A stretch of 64,000 bases of DNA from Ignavibacteriota bacterium (lineage in GTDB: Bacteria > Bacteroidota > Ignavibacteria > UBA10030 > BY39), in the NCBI GenBank assembly GCA_003327435.1, contig QOQV01000001.1:399917-463916 (forward strand), written 5' to 3'. Made by a program: the position numbers and the translations under genes. The stretch's first letter is position 1. Each line of letters begins with the position of its first letter. Positions 29,473 to 38,935 of the stretch are shown piece by piece. Under the pieces are notes generated by a model, which saw nothing but the letters and a program-made list of their open reading frames with translations, did no database searches and was not told the origin of the DNA.

Positions 29473-30726
29473 TTAAAACATTAACATTGTTGTGAAATAA
29501 CCCCATTGTGAAACATCATATGAATTAAATTTCTTTTGCATAAATTTTCCAGGTAAAAATAATCCGCCACCAATTTCAAAATTCAAGTAACTATTATATT
29601 TCCAGTTTAACACTATATCCAATTCCTGTCCTACTTTATTTTCACCATCAAGATATTCACTCAAATTAAAATTATGGGCGATAATATTTGCTTTTACATT
29701 ATCAGAAAGTTTGAAATCAAGCCTCGCAAAGATATCCTGAATACCTTTACCATCAGTATGTAGAGGAATATTTATAAAATAATCCATATACCCGAAAAAC
29801 TTATGTCCTGTAGGATATGGTAATTCAAATGTTTTATATTTTGTTTCAGATGTCTTTGTGCCAGAAAATCTTTCTAAAGAAATCGACAATGATGATAAAA
29901 TGCTTCTTTCAAATGAATAACTCAATGTAAGTCCAAACATATAAGCGGAAATATCCTTTCCTTGTCTCCATCCATACTGATAGGCAACGTCTGTTTCATA
30001 AGATAATTGATTTGATAATTTACCTTTACCGTACAAACCACTTGTAAATCGGGATAAATCATTATAACCAGGTACAGTTACTCTCTTATCTAATTGATGA
30101 TATGTAAAAATTTCCCAGAGATGATCTGAAAAGTATTTAGTGGAAAAATTAAATCCACTAAACAACTGGCCTTCATCGCGAACAAATTTTACCTCGGTTG
30201 GTATAGCAGCTGATGGAACGACATTGGTTTCAGCAGTATTCATCAGAAATACGTCTAATTTATGTTTATCAACTTCATATCGTATTAAACCACCGTCAAA
30301 AACTCTACCTATATTATTCCATCCTACACCACCAACAAATCTTTCATTAGCATAAGTTAGGCGTTGTCTTCCAACTTTGAGAGTTAATCCATCAACAAGA
30401 AATTTATCAACTTGAATATATGCTTGATGTAGATCCAGATTTTTAGTATTTGAAACCGTATTAAAATTATTTCTAGCATCCCTCTCTTCTCCGAAGATGC
30501 GCGAATCCTGAACTTGAAAATAGAACTTAAGATTTTCAATCGGTGATATTTCTGCTCCCAAGCGTGCTCGTAAAAGTGTGAAGTAATTTGGTGGTGTAGA
30601 ATTATTAAAATCGCGATTATCTAATTCACTTCTTACTCTAAGCTCACCATCCCATTTCATAGTTTGAGCAGGCAAAATATTAAATAAAATTAGGAAAAGC
30701 AAGAAAAATTTTATTAATATTCTCAT
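29473..30726 (-). CDS. Outer-membrane beta-barrel porin (alginate export family-like)
   Basis: Signal peptide from ATG 30726 (AAGGA RBS), RARLG, QVQDSR, DLHQAY, VGRQRL, FDG, YPTGHKFFGYMD, terminal Phe. Confidence 0.85.
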   Translation of the reverse strand: MRILIKFFLLFLILFNILPAQTMKWDGELRVRSELDNRDFNNSTPPNYFTLLRARLGAEISPIENLKFYFQVQDSRIFGEERDARNNFNTVSNTKNLDLHQAYIQVDKFLVDGLTLKVGRQRLTYANERFVGGVGWNNIGRVFDGGLIRYEVDKHKLDVFLMNTAETNVVPSAAIPTEVKFVRDEGQLFSGFNFSTKYFSDHLWEIFTYHQLDKRVTVPGYNDLSRFTSGLYGKGKLSNQLSYETDVAYQYGWRQGKDISAYMFGLTLSYSFERSILSSLSISLERFSGTKTSETKYKTFELPYPTGHKFFGYMDYFINIPLHTDGKGIQDIFARLDFKLSDNVKANIIAHNFNLSEYLDGENKVGQELDIVLNWKYNSYLNFEIGGGLFLPGKFMQKKFNSYDVSQWGYFTTMLMF

Positions 30727-30743
30727 TTTTAAAATCCTTAATT

Positions 30744-30767
30744 TATTAAGATAATTTTGTCTTAATA
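30744..30767. promoter_or_regulatory. Candidate Rrf2 operator palindrome overlapping the -10 box of the porin-ONR promoter
   Basis: Perfect 8-bp arms TATTAAGA-N8-TCTTAATA; minus-strand promoter TTGATT(30792-30787)-N17-TATATT(30769-30764). Confidence 0.65.
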
Positions 30768-30837
30768 TAAAAACTATTATATTAAAAATCAAGTAATTTT
30801 TGGAAGTCAAACTTGGATTTACTATTTTCAAAATAAG

Positions 30838-33621
30838 ATGGATAAAAGGTTATTTTTAATAGACGGTAATGCAATAGCTTATAGAGCATATTACACCTTT
30901 AAGCAAAGGCCTTTATTTTCACCTACCGGTGAACCAACTGGCGCAGTATTTGGTTTTACAAACACTTTACTAAAAATTCTGGAAGATGAAAAACCTGATT
31001 ATATAGCCGTTGCATTCGACCGACCTGAACCGACATTCCGACATAATATGTACACTGAATACAAAGCCACACGCCAAAAAATGCCTGAAGATATGATTAT
31101 ACAACTAAATCGTATTAAAGAAGTGGCTGAAGCTTTTTCAGTTCAAATAATTGAAATACCTGGATATGAAGCTGACGATATTATTGGAACAATCGCCAAA
31201 ATTGCAAAAAATCAGAACATAGAATCATTTCTGGTAACAAGTGATAAAGATTTTATGCAACTCGTGGATGATATGATAAAAATTTATAAACCAGGTAAAA
31301 AAGGAAATGAATGGGAAATAATTGATCCCAACGGAGTATTAAAGTACTTTGGTGTGCATCCAGACAAAGTCATAGATGTACTTGGGCTTTCAGGTGATAC
31401 TTCAGACAATATTCCTGGCGTACCCGGCATAGGAGAAGCAACAGCAACATCGCTCATACGAAAATATGGAACAATTGAAGATATTTACAACAACATTAAC
31501 AAAATTGAGAAGCAATCCCTGAAAGCAAAACTACTTCAAAATAAAGAAAATGCATTCCTATCCAAGAAACTTGTTACAATCAATACAAATGTACCTTTAA
31601 ACATAGACATCCAGCAATTGAAAGTCCGGGAAAAGAACTCAGATAAAGTTATTGATCTATTTACTGAATTAGGATTTAAATCACTACTTAAAAAACATAT
31701 AACTGATACTCATCAGGCAAAAAGTAAAGAACCAAATCAAACTATAGCAGAAGATATTTCCGTAAATTATAAAATTATTAAAACATCTGAGGAATTAAAA
31801 CTATTAAGTGAAACACTAAAAAGTTCAAAATTCTTCGTATTCGATACTGAGACAACGAGTAAGGATCCACATAATGCAAAATTGATAGGACTTTCTTTTT
31901 CAATCCAACCTAAATCAGCTTTCTATGTTCCTATAAGATATGACTTAACCGAAATAGACGAATATGGTCCACTATTCAATTCAAAGAATGAAATTTCTGA
32001 TAATCAACAAACTGTTGGATTTGATATTTCAGAAATTTATAGCTTATTCAATAATATTTTTAGAGATCCCGAAATTAAAAAGTGCGGACAGAATATAAAG
32101 TACGACCTGTTAGTTTTAAAACGTTATGGTTTTGACTTTAATGGCATCAGCTTTGACACAATGGTAGCCAATTATGTTTTAAGACCGGATGCAAACCACA
32201 GCCTTGATGATATGGCAATACAACATCTTAATTATCGTACAATGACTTATGAAGAAATGCTCGGGAAGCAAAGTGATATCAGGGAAGTTCCTTTAGATAG
32301 GATTGCACTATATTCCGCCGAAGATGCAGATATAACGATGAGGTTGTATATCGTCTTAAAAGAAAAATTAGAAAAAGACAATTTAATCTCCCTCTGTGAA
32401 AAAATTGAATTTCCCTTAATCACAGTTTTAACTGAAATGGAATACACTGGTTTCAAACTTAACAAAGAATACTTGATGGAATTATCAAAAAAGCTGGATA
32501 TTTTGCTAACTGAATATTTAGAACAAATATACCACCTTGCTGGGAGAAGATTCAATGTAAATTCAACACAACAACTGAGTAAAGTGCTTTTTGATGAGCT
32601 CAAATTGTCACCTGTAAAGAAGACCAAAACAGGTCATTCCACAGATGTAAGTGTTCTGGAATCATTAAGAAACAAACACCCGATAGTTGAAAAGCTACTC
32701 GAATACAGAACCGTGTCAAAAATAAAATCAACGTATGTTGATGCTTTACCAACTCTAATTAATCCCAAAACCGGGCGTGTACATACATCTTTCAATCAAA
32801 CAATTACATCAACAGGCAGATTATCGAGTAGCAATCCCAATTTACAGAACATCCCAATCAGGACCGAATTAGGAAGAGAAATAAGGAAAGCATTTATAGG
32901 AGAAAATTCAGATTGGAAAATAATATCTGCTGATTATTCGCAAATTGAGCTCAGAATAATGGCTCATATATCTGATGATCCGGGGTTTAAAGAAGCATTT
33001 GTCAAAGGAGAAGATATTCATTCCAGTACAGCTGCTAAAGTATTTGGGTACACACTTGAAGAATTTAATCAGCTTTCGAAAGAATTAAAACAAGAGCTCA
33101 GAAGGAAGGCAAAAGAGATTAATTTTGGAATAATGTATGGATTAGGTGCTTATGGTTTAGCAAATCGATTGGGAATATCTAATGAAGAAGCAAAGGAAAT
33201 TATTGACAGATATCATTTTAGGTTTCCAAATGTAAAAAAATATATGGATGATACTATCAAATTTGCACGCTCAACAGGTTATGTAGAAACACTCTTAGGC
33301 AGAAGAAGATATTTTCCTGAAATCAACAGTCAGAATAAAACTGTGCGTAGTAATGCGGAGCGGCAGGCGATCAATATGCCAATTCAAGGAACAGCCGCAG
33401 ATATGATAAAATTAGCAATGATAGAAATTTACAGGGAAATCAAAGATAAGCCGATAAGAATGCTATTACAGGTTCATGATGAATTGGTATTCGAAGCCAG
33501 AAGTGATTATCTGGACCAGGCAAAGGAAATAATTAGCGATAAAATGAAGAATGCCATAAAATTAAGTATTCCTGTTGAAGTGGAGATTGGAATTGGAAAC
33601 AATTGGTACGAAGCGCATTAA
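30838..33621 (+). CDS. polA: DNA polymerase I
   Basis: 5'-3' exo (LIDG, EADDII, GDTSDNIPG), 3'-5' exo (FDTET), polymerase (TGRLSS, ADYSQIELR, K..NFG..YG, QVHDEL). Confidence 0.98.
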   Translation: MDKRLFLIDGNAIAYRAYYTFKQRPLFSPTGEPTGAVFGFTNTLLKILEDEKPDYIAVAFDRPEPTFRHNMYTEYKATRQKMPEDMIIQLNRIKEVAEAFSVQIIEIPGYEADDIIGTIAKIAKNQNIESFLVTSDKDFMQLVDDMIKIYKPGKKGNEWEIIDPNGVLKYFGVHPDKVIDVLGLSGDTSDNIPGVPGIGEATATSLIRKYGTIEDIYNNINKIEKQSLKAKLLQNKENAFLSKKLVTINTNVPLNIDIQQLKVREKNSDKVIDLFTELGFKSLLKKHITDTHQAKSKEPNQTIAEDISVNYKIIKTSEELKLLSETLKSSKFFVFDTETTSKDPHNAKLIGLSFSIQPKSAFYVPIRYDLTEIDEYGPLFNSKNEISDNQQTVGFDISEIYSLFNNIFRDPEIKKCGQNIKYDLLVLKRYGFDFNGISFDTMVANYVLRPDANHSLDDMAIQHLNYRTMTYEEMLGKQSDIREVPLDRIALYSAEDADITMRLYIVLKEKLEKDNLISLCEKIEFPLITVLTEMEYTGFKLNKEYLMELSKKLDILLTEYLEQIYHLAGRRFNVNSTQQLSKVLFDELKLSPVKKTKTGHSTDVSVLESLRNKHPIVEKLLEYRTVSKIKSTYVDALPTLINPKTGRVHTSFNQTITSTGRLSSSNPNLQNIPIRTELGREIRKAFIGENSDWKIISADYSQIELRIMAHISDDPGFKEAFVKGEDIHSSTAAKVFGYTLEEFNQLSKELKQELRRKAKEINFGIMYGLGAYGLANRLGISNEEAKEIIDRYHFRFPNVKKYMDDTIKFARSTGYVETLLGRRRYFPEINSQNKTVRSNAERQAINMPIQGTAADMIKLAMIEIYREIKDKPIRMLLQVHDELVFEARSDYLDQAKEIISDKMKNAIKLSIPVEVEIGIGNNWYEAH

Positions 33622-34136
33622 TCATTTATTTGTTTTCTCTTTTTCAACAACATACCAAGCCCAAGAATTATTAAAACAACAGGCCAGTAAGTTTTGATGA
33701 CTGACCTTACATTGAACCAATCGAAATAACCGAAATCTTCTAATATTAAAAAAAATCCCGATGATATTAACATTACACTAAGTATAAGTGATATTACATC
33801 TCTGAGATTGTTGATATAAGTGGTTAGGAATGCAAATCCAAAGATTAAAAAAACAGCAGGTATAAAAATACGATGACGAAACTCAAAAAAGTCCAGTGTA
33901 TTCAATAAAAAATACAATGAGAACAAAAATATTACTGTTCCCCAGAAAATCTTTCCTCTCTGATTATATTTATAACCGCGAATTGTATGAACGAAACCAA
34001 ATAAAATCAAAACACCCCAAATTATCTGTGAAAAATGAACATTTATTATATTTGTTCTATTCAAAAGTAAAGTTAAACCCAATATAATTAGAATTATACC
34101 AGTCCAGGGAATCTGTTTTTTTATTTCATCATTCAT
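33618..34136 (-). CDS. LiaF/LiaI-like (DUF5668) membrane protein
   Basis: GIILIILG..LL and YWPVVLIILGL repeats, multi-TM, downstream of the PspC gene. Confidence 0.72.
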   Translation of the reverse strand: MNDEIKKQIPWTGIILIILGLTLLLNRTNIINVHFSQIIWGVLILFGFVHTIRGYKYNQRGKIFWGTVIFLFSLYFLLNTLDFFEFRHRIFIPAVFLIFGFAFLTTYINNLRDVISLILSVMLISSGFFLILEDFGYFDWFNVRSVIKTYWPVVLIILGLGMLLKKRKQIND

Positions 34137-34147
34137 ATAAAACTCCT

Positions 34148-34813
34148 TTATATGTTTTCTTTTTCTTGTGGCATGACAATAGCAAGTATTATATACAAAA
34201 ACAAGCCCAAACCGAGAGAACTTAGAGTAATTAAAACAAATATTAAACGAACAATCGTTACATCAATTTCTAAATATTCTGCTATACCAGCACATACACC
34301 TGCTAACTTTTTATCTTTTCGGGATTTGTGTAAGATCTTTTTTGTTCTTGGTATTTCCTCACTTTTTATATCACCAATATCAGCTTGTGGTTCAATTTTG
34401 GAGATCGGATTTTTAACCTGATTAATTATTAAAAATATTCCAATAATTATTAGGATTATTGAAATTAATGTTCCCCACGACATAAAATCCCACCAACTGA
34501 AAAAATCATATAGGGGTATTAGCCCTAAATTTTTAAGTAATAAAAATAAGCCCAAAATTAATATAATAATACCCCAGGTCTTTGATTTATCCGAATTTGT
34601 CCTATTTTTTGTCTGAAAAGGATTAACTGGCACCATTATCCAAGCAAGTAGATAAAAAATTATTCCAGTTCCACCTATGAGGATTAACAGAATAAAAAGT
34701 AAACGAATAATAATAGCATCGACTTTTAAATATTCAGCGATACCTCCACATACACCTGCGATCCATTTATCATTTATGGATCTATACAATTTTTTAATTT
34801 CACCATTTTCCAT
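34148..34813 (-). CDS. Protein with two PspC domains flanking a LiaF-like TM segment
   Basis: KLYRS..DKWIAGVCGGIAEY at the N-terminus and KSRKDKKLAGVCAGIAEY at the C-terminus. Confidence 0.9.
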   Translation of the reverse strand: MENGEIKKLYRSINDKWIAGVCGGIAEYLKVDAIIIRLLFILLILIGGTGIIFYLLAWIMVPVNPFQTKNRTNSDKSKTWGIIILILGLFLLLKNLGLIPLYDFFSWWDFMSWGTLISIILIIIGIFLIINQVKNPISKIEPQADIGDIKSEEIPRTKKILHKSRKDKKLAGVCAGIAEYLEIDVTIVRLIFVLITLSSLGLGLFLYIILAIVMPQEKENI

Positions 34814-34840
34814 AAAATTTTTCTAATTTTTATTCAACTC

Positions 34841-34866
34841 TACGAGTATTACTATTTAATGTTTCA
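34841..34866 (-). promoter_or_regulatory. ECF (sigma-W-like) promoter of the pspC-liaF-like pair
   Basis: TGAAAC-N16-CGTA on the minus strand, about 28 nt upstream of the ATG. Confidence 0.75.
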
Positions 34867-34878
34867 TGAGAAATAAAA

Positions 34879-34904
34879 AGCCATAACTTTGAAAAGTTAT
34901 GGCT
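34879..34904 (-). terminator. Intrinsic terminator after frr
   Basis: AGCCATAACTTT/AAAGTTATGGCT stem with a U-tract. Confidence 0.8.
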
Positions 34905-34929
34905 CTATTGTACTAAAATAAAAATATCT

Positions 34930-35487
34930 TCAAACTTCCATAATCTCTTTTTCTTTCAATGCAACAAGATTATCAATTTCTTTTATATATTTTTCTACTA
35001 ATTTTTGTACCTCTTCTTCTCCTCTTTTTCTTTCGTCCTCCGAGAAATGTTCTTCTTTCTCAGATTTCTTTAAGTGTTCAATAGCATCCCGCCTCACATT
35101 TCTTAAAGCAATTCTTCCATCCTCTGCAAATTTCTTGATTAATTTTACTAAATCTTTTCTCCTTTCTTCATTTAGAGGAGGTATTGGTACTTTGATTACA
35201 TTTCCATCGTTTATTGGATTTAATCCCAAATTTGCAGTAAGAATAGCTTTTTCTATCGGAGCAATCATTCCTTTTTCCCATGGAGTTACTGTGATGAGCC
35301 GAATATCTGGAGTACTAACAGTAGCCACCTGATTTAATGGCATCATTGTACCGTAATATTCGACTTTAATTCCGTCTAAAAGTGCAGTTGTTGCTTTACC
35401 GGTTCGAATTTTAACAAATTCCTGTCGAACCACATCGACTGCTTTTTTCATTTTGTGTTCGGCTTCTTTTAAAATATCTTTAACCAT
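34930..35487 (-). CDS. frr: Ribosome recycling factor
   Basis: IRTGKA, LGLNP, PPLNEERR, RNVRRD. Confidence 0.97.
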   Translation of the reverse strand: MVKDILKEAEHKMKKAVDVVRQEFVKIRTGKATTALLDGIKVEYYGTMMPLNQVATVSTPDIRLITVTPWEKGMIAPIEKAILTANLGLNPINDGNVIKVPIPPLNEERRKDLVKLIKKFAEDGRIALRNVRRDAIEHLKKSEKEEHFSEDERKRGEEEVQKLVEKYIKEIDNLVALKEKEIMEV

Positions 35488-35517
35488 AATACCTCAAAAT
35501 TAGTTATAAAAATTAAT

Positions 35518-36234
35518 TTATAGATTCTGTACCAAAGTTCCAATTTTTTCACCAAGTACAAGTTTTTTCAAATTTCCGGGTGTATTCATATCAAAAACTA
35601 TAATTGGTAGGTCATTTTCTCGACAAAGTGTTATTGCGGTTAAATCCATAACTTTCAGTTCTTTATTAATTACATCCAGATATGAAATTTCGGGGAACTT
35701 AATTGCATTAGGATTTTTTTCAGGATCAGAATCATATACACCTGAAACTCTTGTACCCTTTAGAATGACATCAGCTTGAATTTCAATTGCTCTGAGCGCA
35801 GCAGCAGTATCTGTTGTAAAATAGGGATTACCTGTGCCAGCTCCAAAAATAACAACTCTTCCTTTTTCTAAATGTCGGATTGCTCTACGGCGAATAAATG
35901 GCTCTGCTATTTGTTCCATTTTTATTGCGCTTAAAAGTCTGGTATAAATTCCTATATGCTCAAGTGCACTTTGTAATGCTAAGGCATTAATTATAGTTGC
36001 AAGCATTCCCATTTGATCACCAGTAACCTTATCAATACCATCGGATGAGTTTCCAACACCTCGATAAATATTACCACCGCCTATCACAATTCCGACTTCA
36101 ATTCCAAGTTCCTTCACGCTTTTGATTTCATTTGCGTATTGCTTCAGCATTTCAGGATCAATACCAAATTCCTTTTTCCCCATTAGGGATTCACCACTCA
36201 GTTTCAGGAGTATTCTTTTGTATTTAGGTTTCAA
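35518..36234 (-). CDS. pyrH: Uridylate kinase
   Basis: [28 protein letters not shown] start. Confidence 0.97.
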   Translation of the reverse strand: MKPKYKRILLKLSGESLMGKKEFGIDPEMLKQYANEIKSVKELGIEVGIVIGGGNIYRGVGNSSDGIDKVTGDQMGMLATIINALALQSALEHIGIYTRLLSAIKMEQIAEPFIRRRAIRHLEKGRVVIFGAGTGNPYFTTDTAAALRAIEIQADVILKGTRVSGVYDSDPEKNPNAIKFPEISYLDVINKELKVMDLTAITLCRENDLPIIVFDMNTPGNLKKLVLGEKIGTLVQNL

Positions 36235-36263
36235 TTTAATTCCTACTTTTAAATGTTAAAAAA

Positions 36264-36285
36264 AAGTCCGCCTGAATGCGGACTT
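36264..36285 (-). terminator. Intrinsic terminator after tsf
   Basis: AAGTCCGC/GCGGACTT stem with a U8 tract on the minus strand. Confidence 0.75.
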
Positions 36286-36291
36286 GTTAGA

Positions 36292-37137
36292 TCATTTAAT
36301 TTCACCGAGCTGGTATCTCTCAAATTGCTTCAACTTCAGATTTCCGCCAGCTTCGGTTATAACATCTTTGATTGTTTTTCCTGGATCTTTTATGAACACC
36401 TGTTCATATAAACACATTTCCTGGAAATATTTTTCTAAACGTCCATTAGCAATTTTTTCCAGGACTTGTTCAGGTTTTCCTTCATTCCGGGCTTGAGTCT
36501 TATAAATTTCAATTTCTCTTTCGATAATATCTTTTGATACCTGGTCACGAGATATAAATTGGGGATTCATAGCTGCAATTTGCATAGCAATATCACGGCC
36601 AACAAGCTCAGCCTTTTGAGGATCACCTTCAAATTCGACAAGCACGCCTATTTTACTTCCCATATGAGTGTAAGATGATATGTATCCGTTGTTAGACTTA
36701 AGAATTTTATATCTTCTAACTTCAATCTTTTCACCGATCTTAGCCATCAAATCATTGAGATATTGAGAAATGCTGATATTATCAGAATTTTTTAAATCAA
36801 GGAGTGCTGTTAAATTTTCTGGTTTTTTTACGGAAATAAGTTCAGCAGTGGAATTTGCGAAATCAACAAAATCTTTACTTCTTGCAACAAAGTCGGTCTC
36901 ACAATTAACTTCAAGTATAACTCCAAGTGTATTATTCTCATCGACTCTCGCGACAACAATTCCCTCTTTAGTACTTCTATCAGCACGTTTTTGTGCTGTG
37001 GCTGCACCTTTTTTCCTTAAATATTCAATAGCTTTCTCAAAATCTCCATTTGATTCTTCGAGTGCCTTCTTACAATCCATCATTCCGGCACCGGTTTTTT
37101 CTCTCAATAATTTTACTTGTTCACTTGTTACTGCCAT
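36292..37137 (-). CDS. tsf: Elongation factor Ts
   Basis: LREKTGAGMMDCKKAL, EVNCETDFV. Confidence 0.98.
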   Translation of the reverse strand: MAVTSEQVKLLREKTGAGMMDCKKALEESNGDFEKAIEYLRKKGAATAQKRADRSTKEGIVVARVDENNTLGVILEVNCETDFVARSKDFVDFANSTAELISVKKPENLTALLDLKNSDNISISQYLNDLMAKIGEKIEVRRYKILKSNNGYISSYTHMGSKIGVLVEFEGDPQKAELVGRDIAMQIAAMNPQFISRDQVSKDIIEREIEIYKTQARNEGKPEQVLEKIANGRLEKYFQEMCLYEQVFIKDPGKTIKDVITEAGGNLKLKQFERYQLGEIK

Positions 37138-37895
37138 TACTCTTCGTCCTTTTCTGTTACTTTTTGTTGTTCAAAATTTTCTTCAATTTCTTCACCTTCA
37201 TATTGAGCAGAAATCATTTCTTTACCTTCATTGACGGCATCTGCGATAATACGAGTTATTAGCTGTATAGATTTAATCGCATCATCATTTGCTGGAATAG
37301 GATAATCAATGGGAGTTGGGTCTACATTGGTGTCGACGATAGCAAAAACTGGTATGCGTAATCGTTTTGCTTCAGAAACTGCAATCGCTTCCTTTTTGAT
37401 ATCCACGACATATAAAGCACCAGGTAATCGACTCATATTAGCAACACCATAAAGCACTTTCTGTAATCTTTCTTTTTCTCTTTGAAGATGCAAGACTTCC
37501 TTTTTTGTAAGTTTATCGAAAGTGCCATCTGTTTCCATCTTCTCGATGTTATTAAGTCGCTTAACACTTTTCCTGATGGTTGTGAAGTTTGTTAACATAC
37601 CGCCGAGCCAGCGCTCAGTTACATAAAACTGGCCACATCTTTCAGCTTCTTCGCGGATAACATCTTTTGCTTGTTTTTTTGTACCTACAAAAAGAACCCT
37701 CTTACCTTCAGAAACAAGTTTTGCGAGAGCATTACCAGCTTCTTCGATAAGTTGTTGGGTCTTTTTAAGATCAATAATATGAATCCCATTTTTCTCCATA
37801 AAGATGAATGGCTTCATTTTGGGATTCCAGCGGTGAGTCAGGTGTCCAAAGTGAGCACCTGCATTTAACAGATCATTTAATTCAACACGAGGCAT
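37137..37895 (-). CDS. rpsB: 30S ribosomal protein S2
   Basis: [27 protein letters not shown]. Confidence 0.98.
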   Translation of the reverse strand: MPRVELNDLLNAGAHFGHLTHRWNPKMKPFIFMEKNGIHIIDLKKTQQLIEEAGNALAKLVSEGKRVLFVGTKKQAKDVIREEAERCGQFYVTERWLGGMLTNFTTIRKSVKRLNNIEKMETDGTFDKLTKKEVLHLQREKERLQKVLYGVANMSRLPGALYVVDIKKEAIAVSEAKRLRIPVFAIVDTNVDPTPIDYPIPANDDAIKSIQLITRIIADAVNEGKEMISAQYEGEEIEENFEQQKVTEKDEE

Positions 37896-37924
37896 ATTTA
37901 ATTTTTACTCCTTTTATTTGTTAA

Positions 37925-38003
37925 ACTTCTATCGCTTTCATTTTTCCTGGAGATCCTAACTCACAAAGTTAGGACACACTCCAGAAAATCCAGCGATATG
38001 CTT
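37925..38003 (-). ncRNA. rpsB 5' leader (S2 autoregulatory, t44-like RNA)
   Basis: Nested stems TATCGCT/AGCGATA, TTTTCTGGAG/CTCCAGGAAA and TCCTAACT/AGTTAGGA with a GUGUG bulge, directly upstream of rpsB. Confidence 0.75.
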
Positions 38004-38014
38004 GATTAAAAAAA

Positions 38015-38401
38015 TTATCTCTTTGAGAATTGGAAGCGCTTGCGAGCTTTTTTCTGCCCGTATTTTTTTCTTTCTACCATTCTCGGGTCACGTGTCAATA
38101 AGCCAGCATTACGAAGTGTGTTTCTGAGTTCCTCATTAGCTGCAACCAGAGCACGTGCAATACCTAATTTTAAAGCTCCAGCTTGCCCAGTAGGACCACC
38201 ACCTTCAACAGTTGCACTTATATCATACTTTCCAAGTGTTTCAGTTAGAGTTAATGGAGAGAGTATTTCATTTCGATATGTTTCAATTTTGAAATATTGA
38301 TCAAGCGGTCTGTTATTAACAATAATTTCTCCACTACCATTTTTAAGTACAACTCTTGCGACTGCTGTTTTACGTCTTCCAACTGTAATTATATTTTGCA
38401 T
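38015..38401 (-). CDS. rpsI: 30S ribosomal protein S9
   Basis: [31 protein letters not shown]. Confidence 0.98.
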   Translation of the reverse strand: MQNIITVGRRKTAVARVVLKNGSGEIIVNNRPLDQYFKIETYRNEILSPLTLTETLGKYDISATVEGGGPTGQAGALKLGIARALVAANEELRNTLRNAGLLTRDPRMVERKKYGQKKARKRFQFSKR

Positions 38402-38411
38402 TTAAAATTCC

Positions 38412-38855
38412 TTATATATTCAACTTTTCTGGTTTTTGAGCTGAATGTGGATGATTGGGACCAGAATAAACTTTGAGCTTCTGGATTATTTTCCTACCCA
38501 ATCTGTTATGTGGTATCATACCTTTTACAGCGTGAATGATAACCTTTTCTGGTTTAGTTTTTATTAATTCTTTAAAAGATTCAAATGTTGCACCGCCGGG
38601 ATAACCTGTGTAATGAAAATATTGTTTTTGCTCAGCGCGCTTACCGGTAAGTTTCACTTTTTCTGCATTAACAACAATTACAAAATCCCCCAAATCTGCA
38701 TTCGGGGTAAATTCAGGTTTGTGTTTACCTCTTAGTATATGGGCAATACGGGATGCCAATCTACCAAGAGTTTTACCTTCGGCATCAACCAGATACCATT
38801 TTTTCTGTATCTCTTCGTTTTTGAAGAAATATGTTAATTTTTCGTTCAGACTCAC
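38412..38855 (-). CDS. rplM: 50S ribosomal protein L13
   Basis: WYLVDA, LGRLAS, GKHKP, HPHSAQ. Start set at GTG 38855 after a GGAG RBS. Confidence 0.97.
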   Translation of the reverse strand: MSLNEKLTYFFKNEEIQKKWYLVDAEGKTLGRLASRIAHILRGKHKPEFTPNADLGDFVIVVNAEKVKLTGKRAEQKQYFHYTGYPGGATFESFKELIKTKPEKVIIHAVKGMIPHNRLGRKIIQKLKVYSGPNHPHSAQKPEKLNI

Positions 38856-38935
38856 TTTAAAATTCTCCAATAATGAGCAAATTTTGCAATTTTTATTTAT
38901 TTAGATACTAAATTTAGTAAAATTTTGAATAATAG

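Noticed and set aside
23880..30800. Genomic island integrated at tRNA-Asp
   Set aside because: The cluster lies on the 5' side of the tRNA, and no integrase or duplicated tRNA 3' end was seen
30727..30831. Longer 452-aa start for the porin
   Set aside because: It spans the promoter and operator region; the signal peptide and RBS support ATG at 30726
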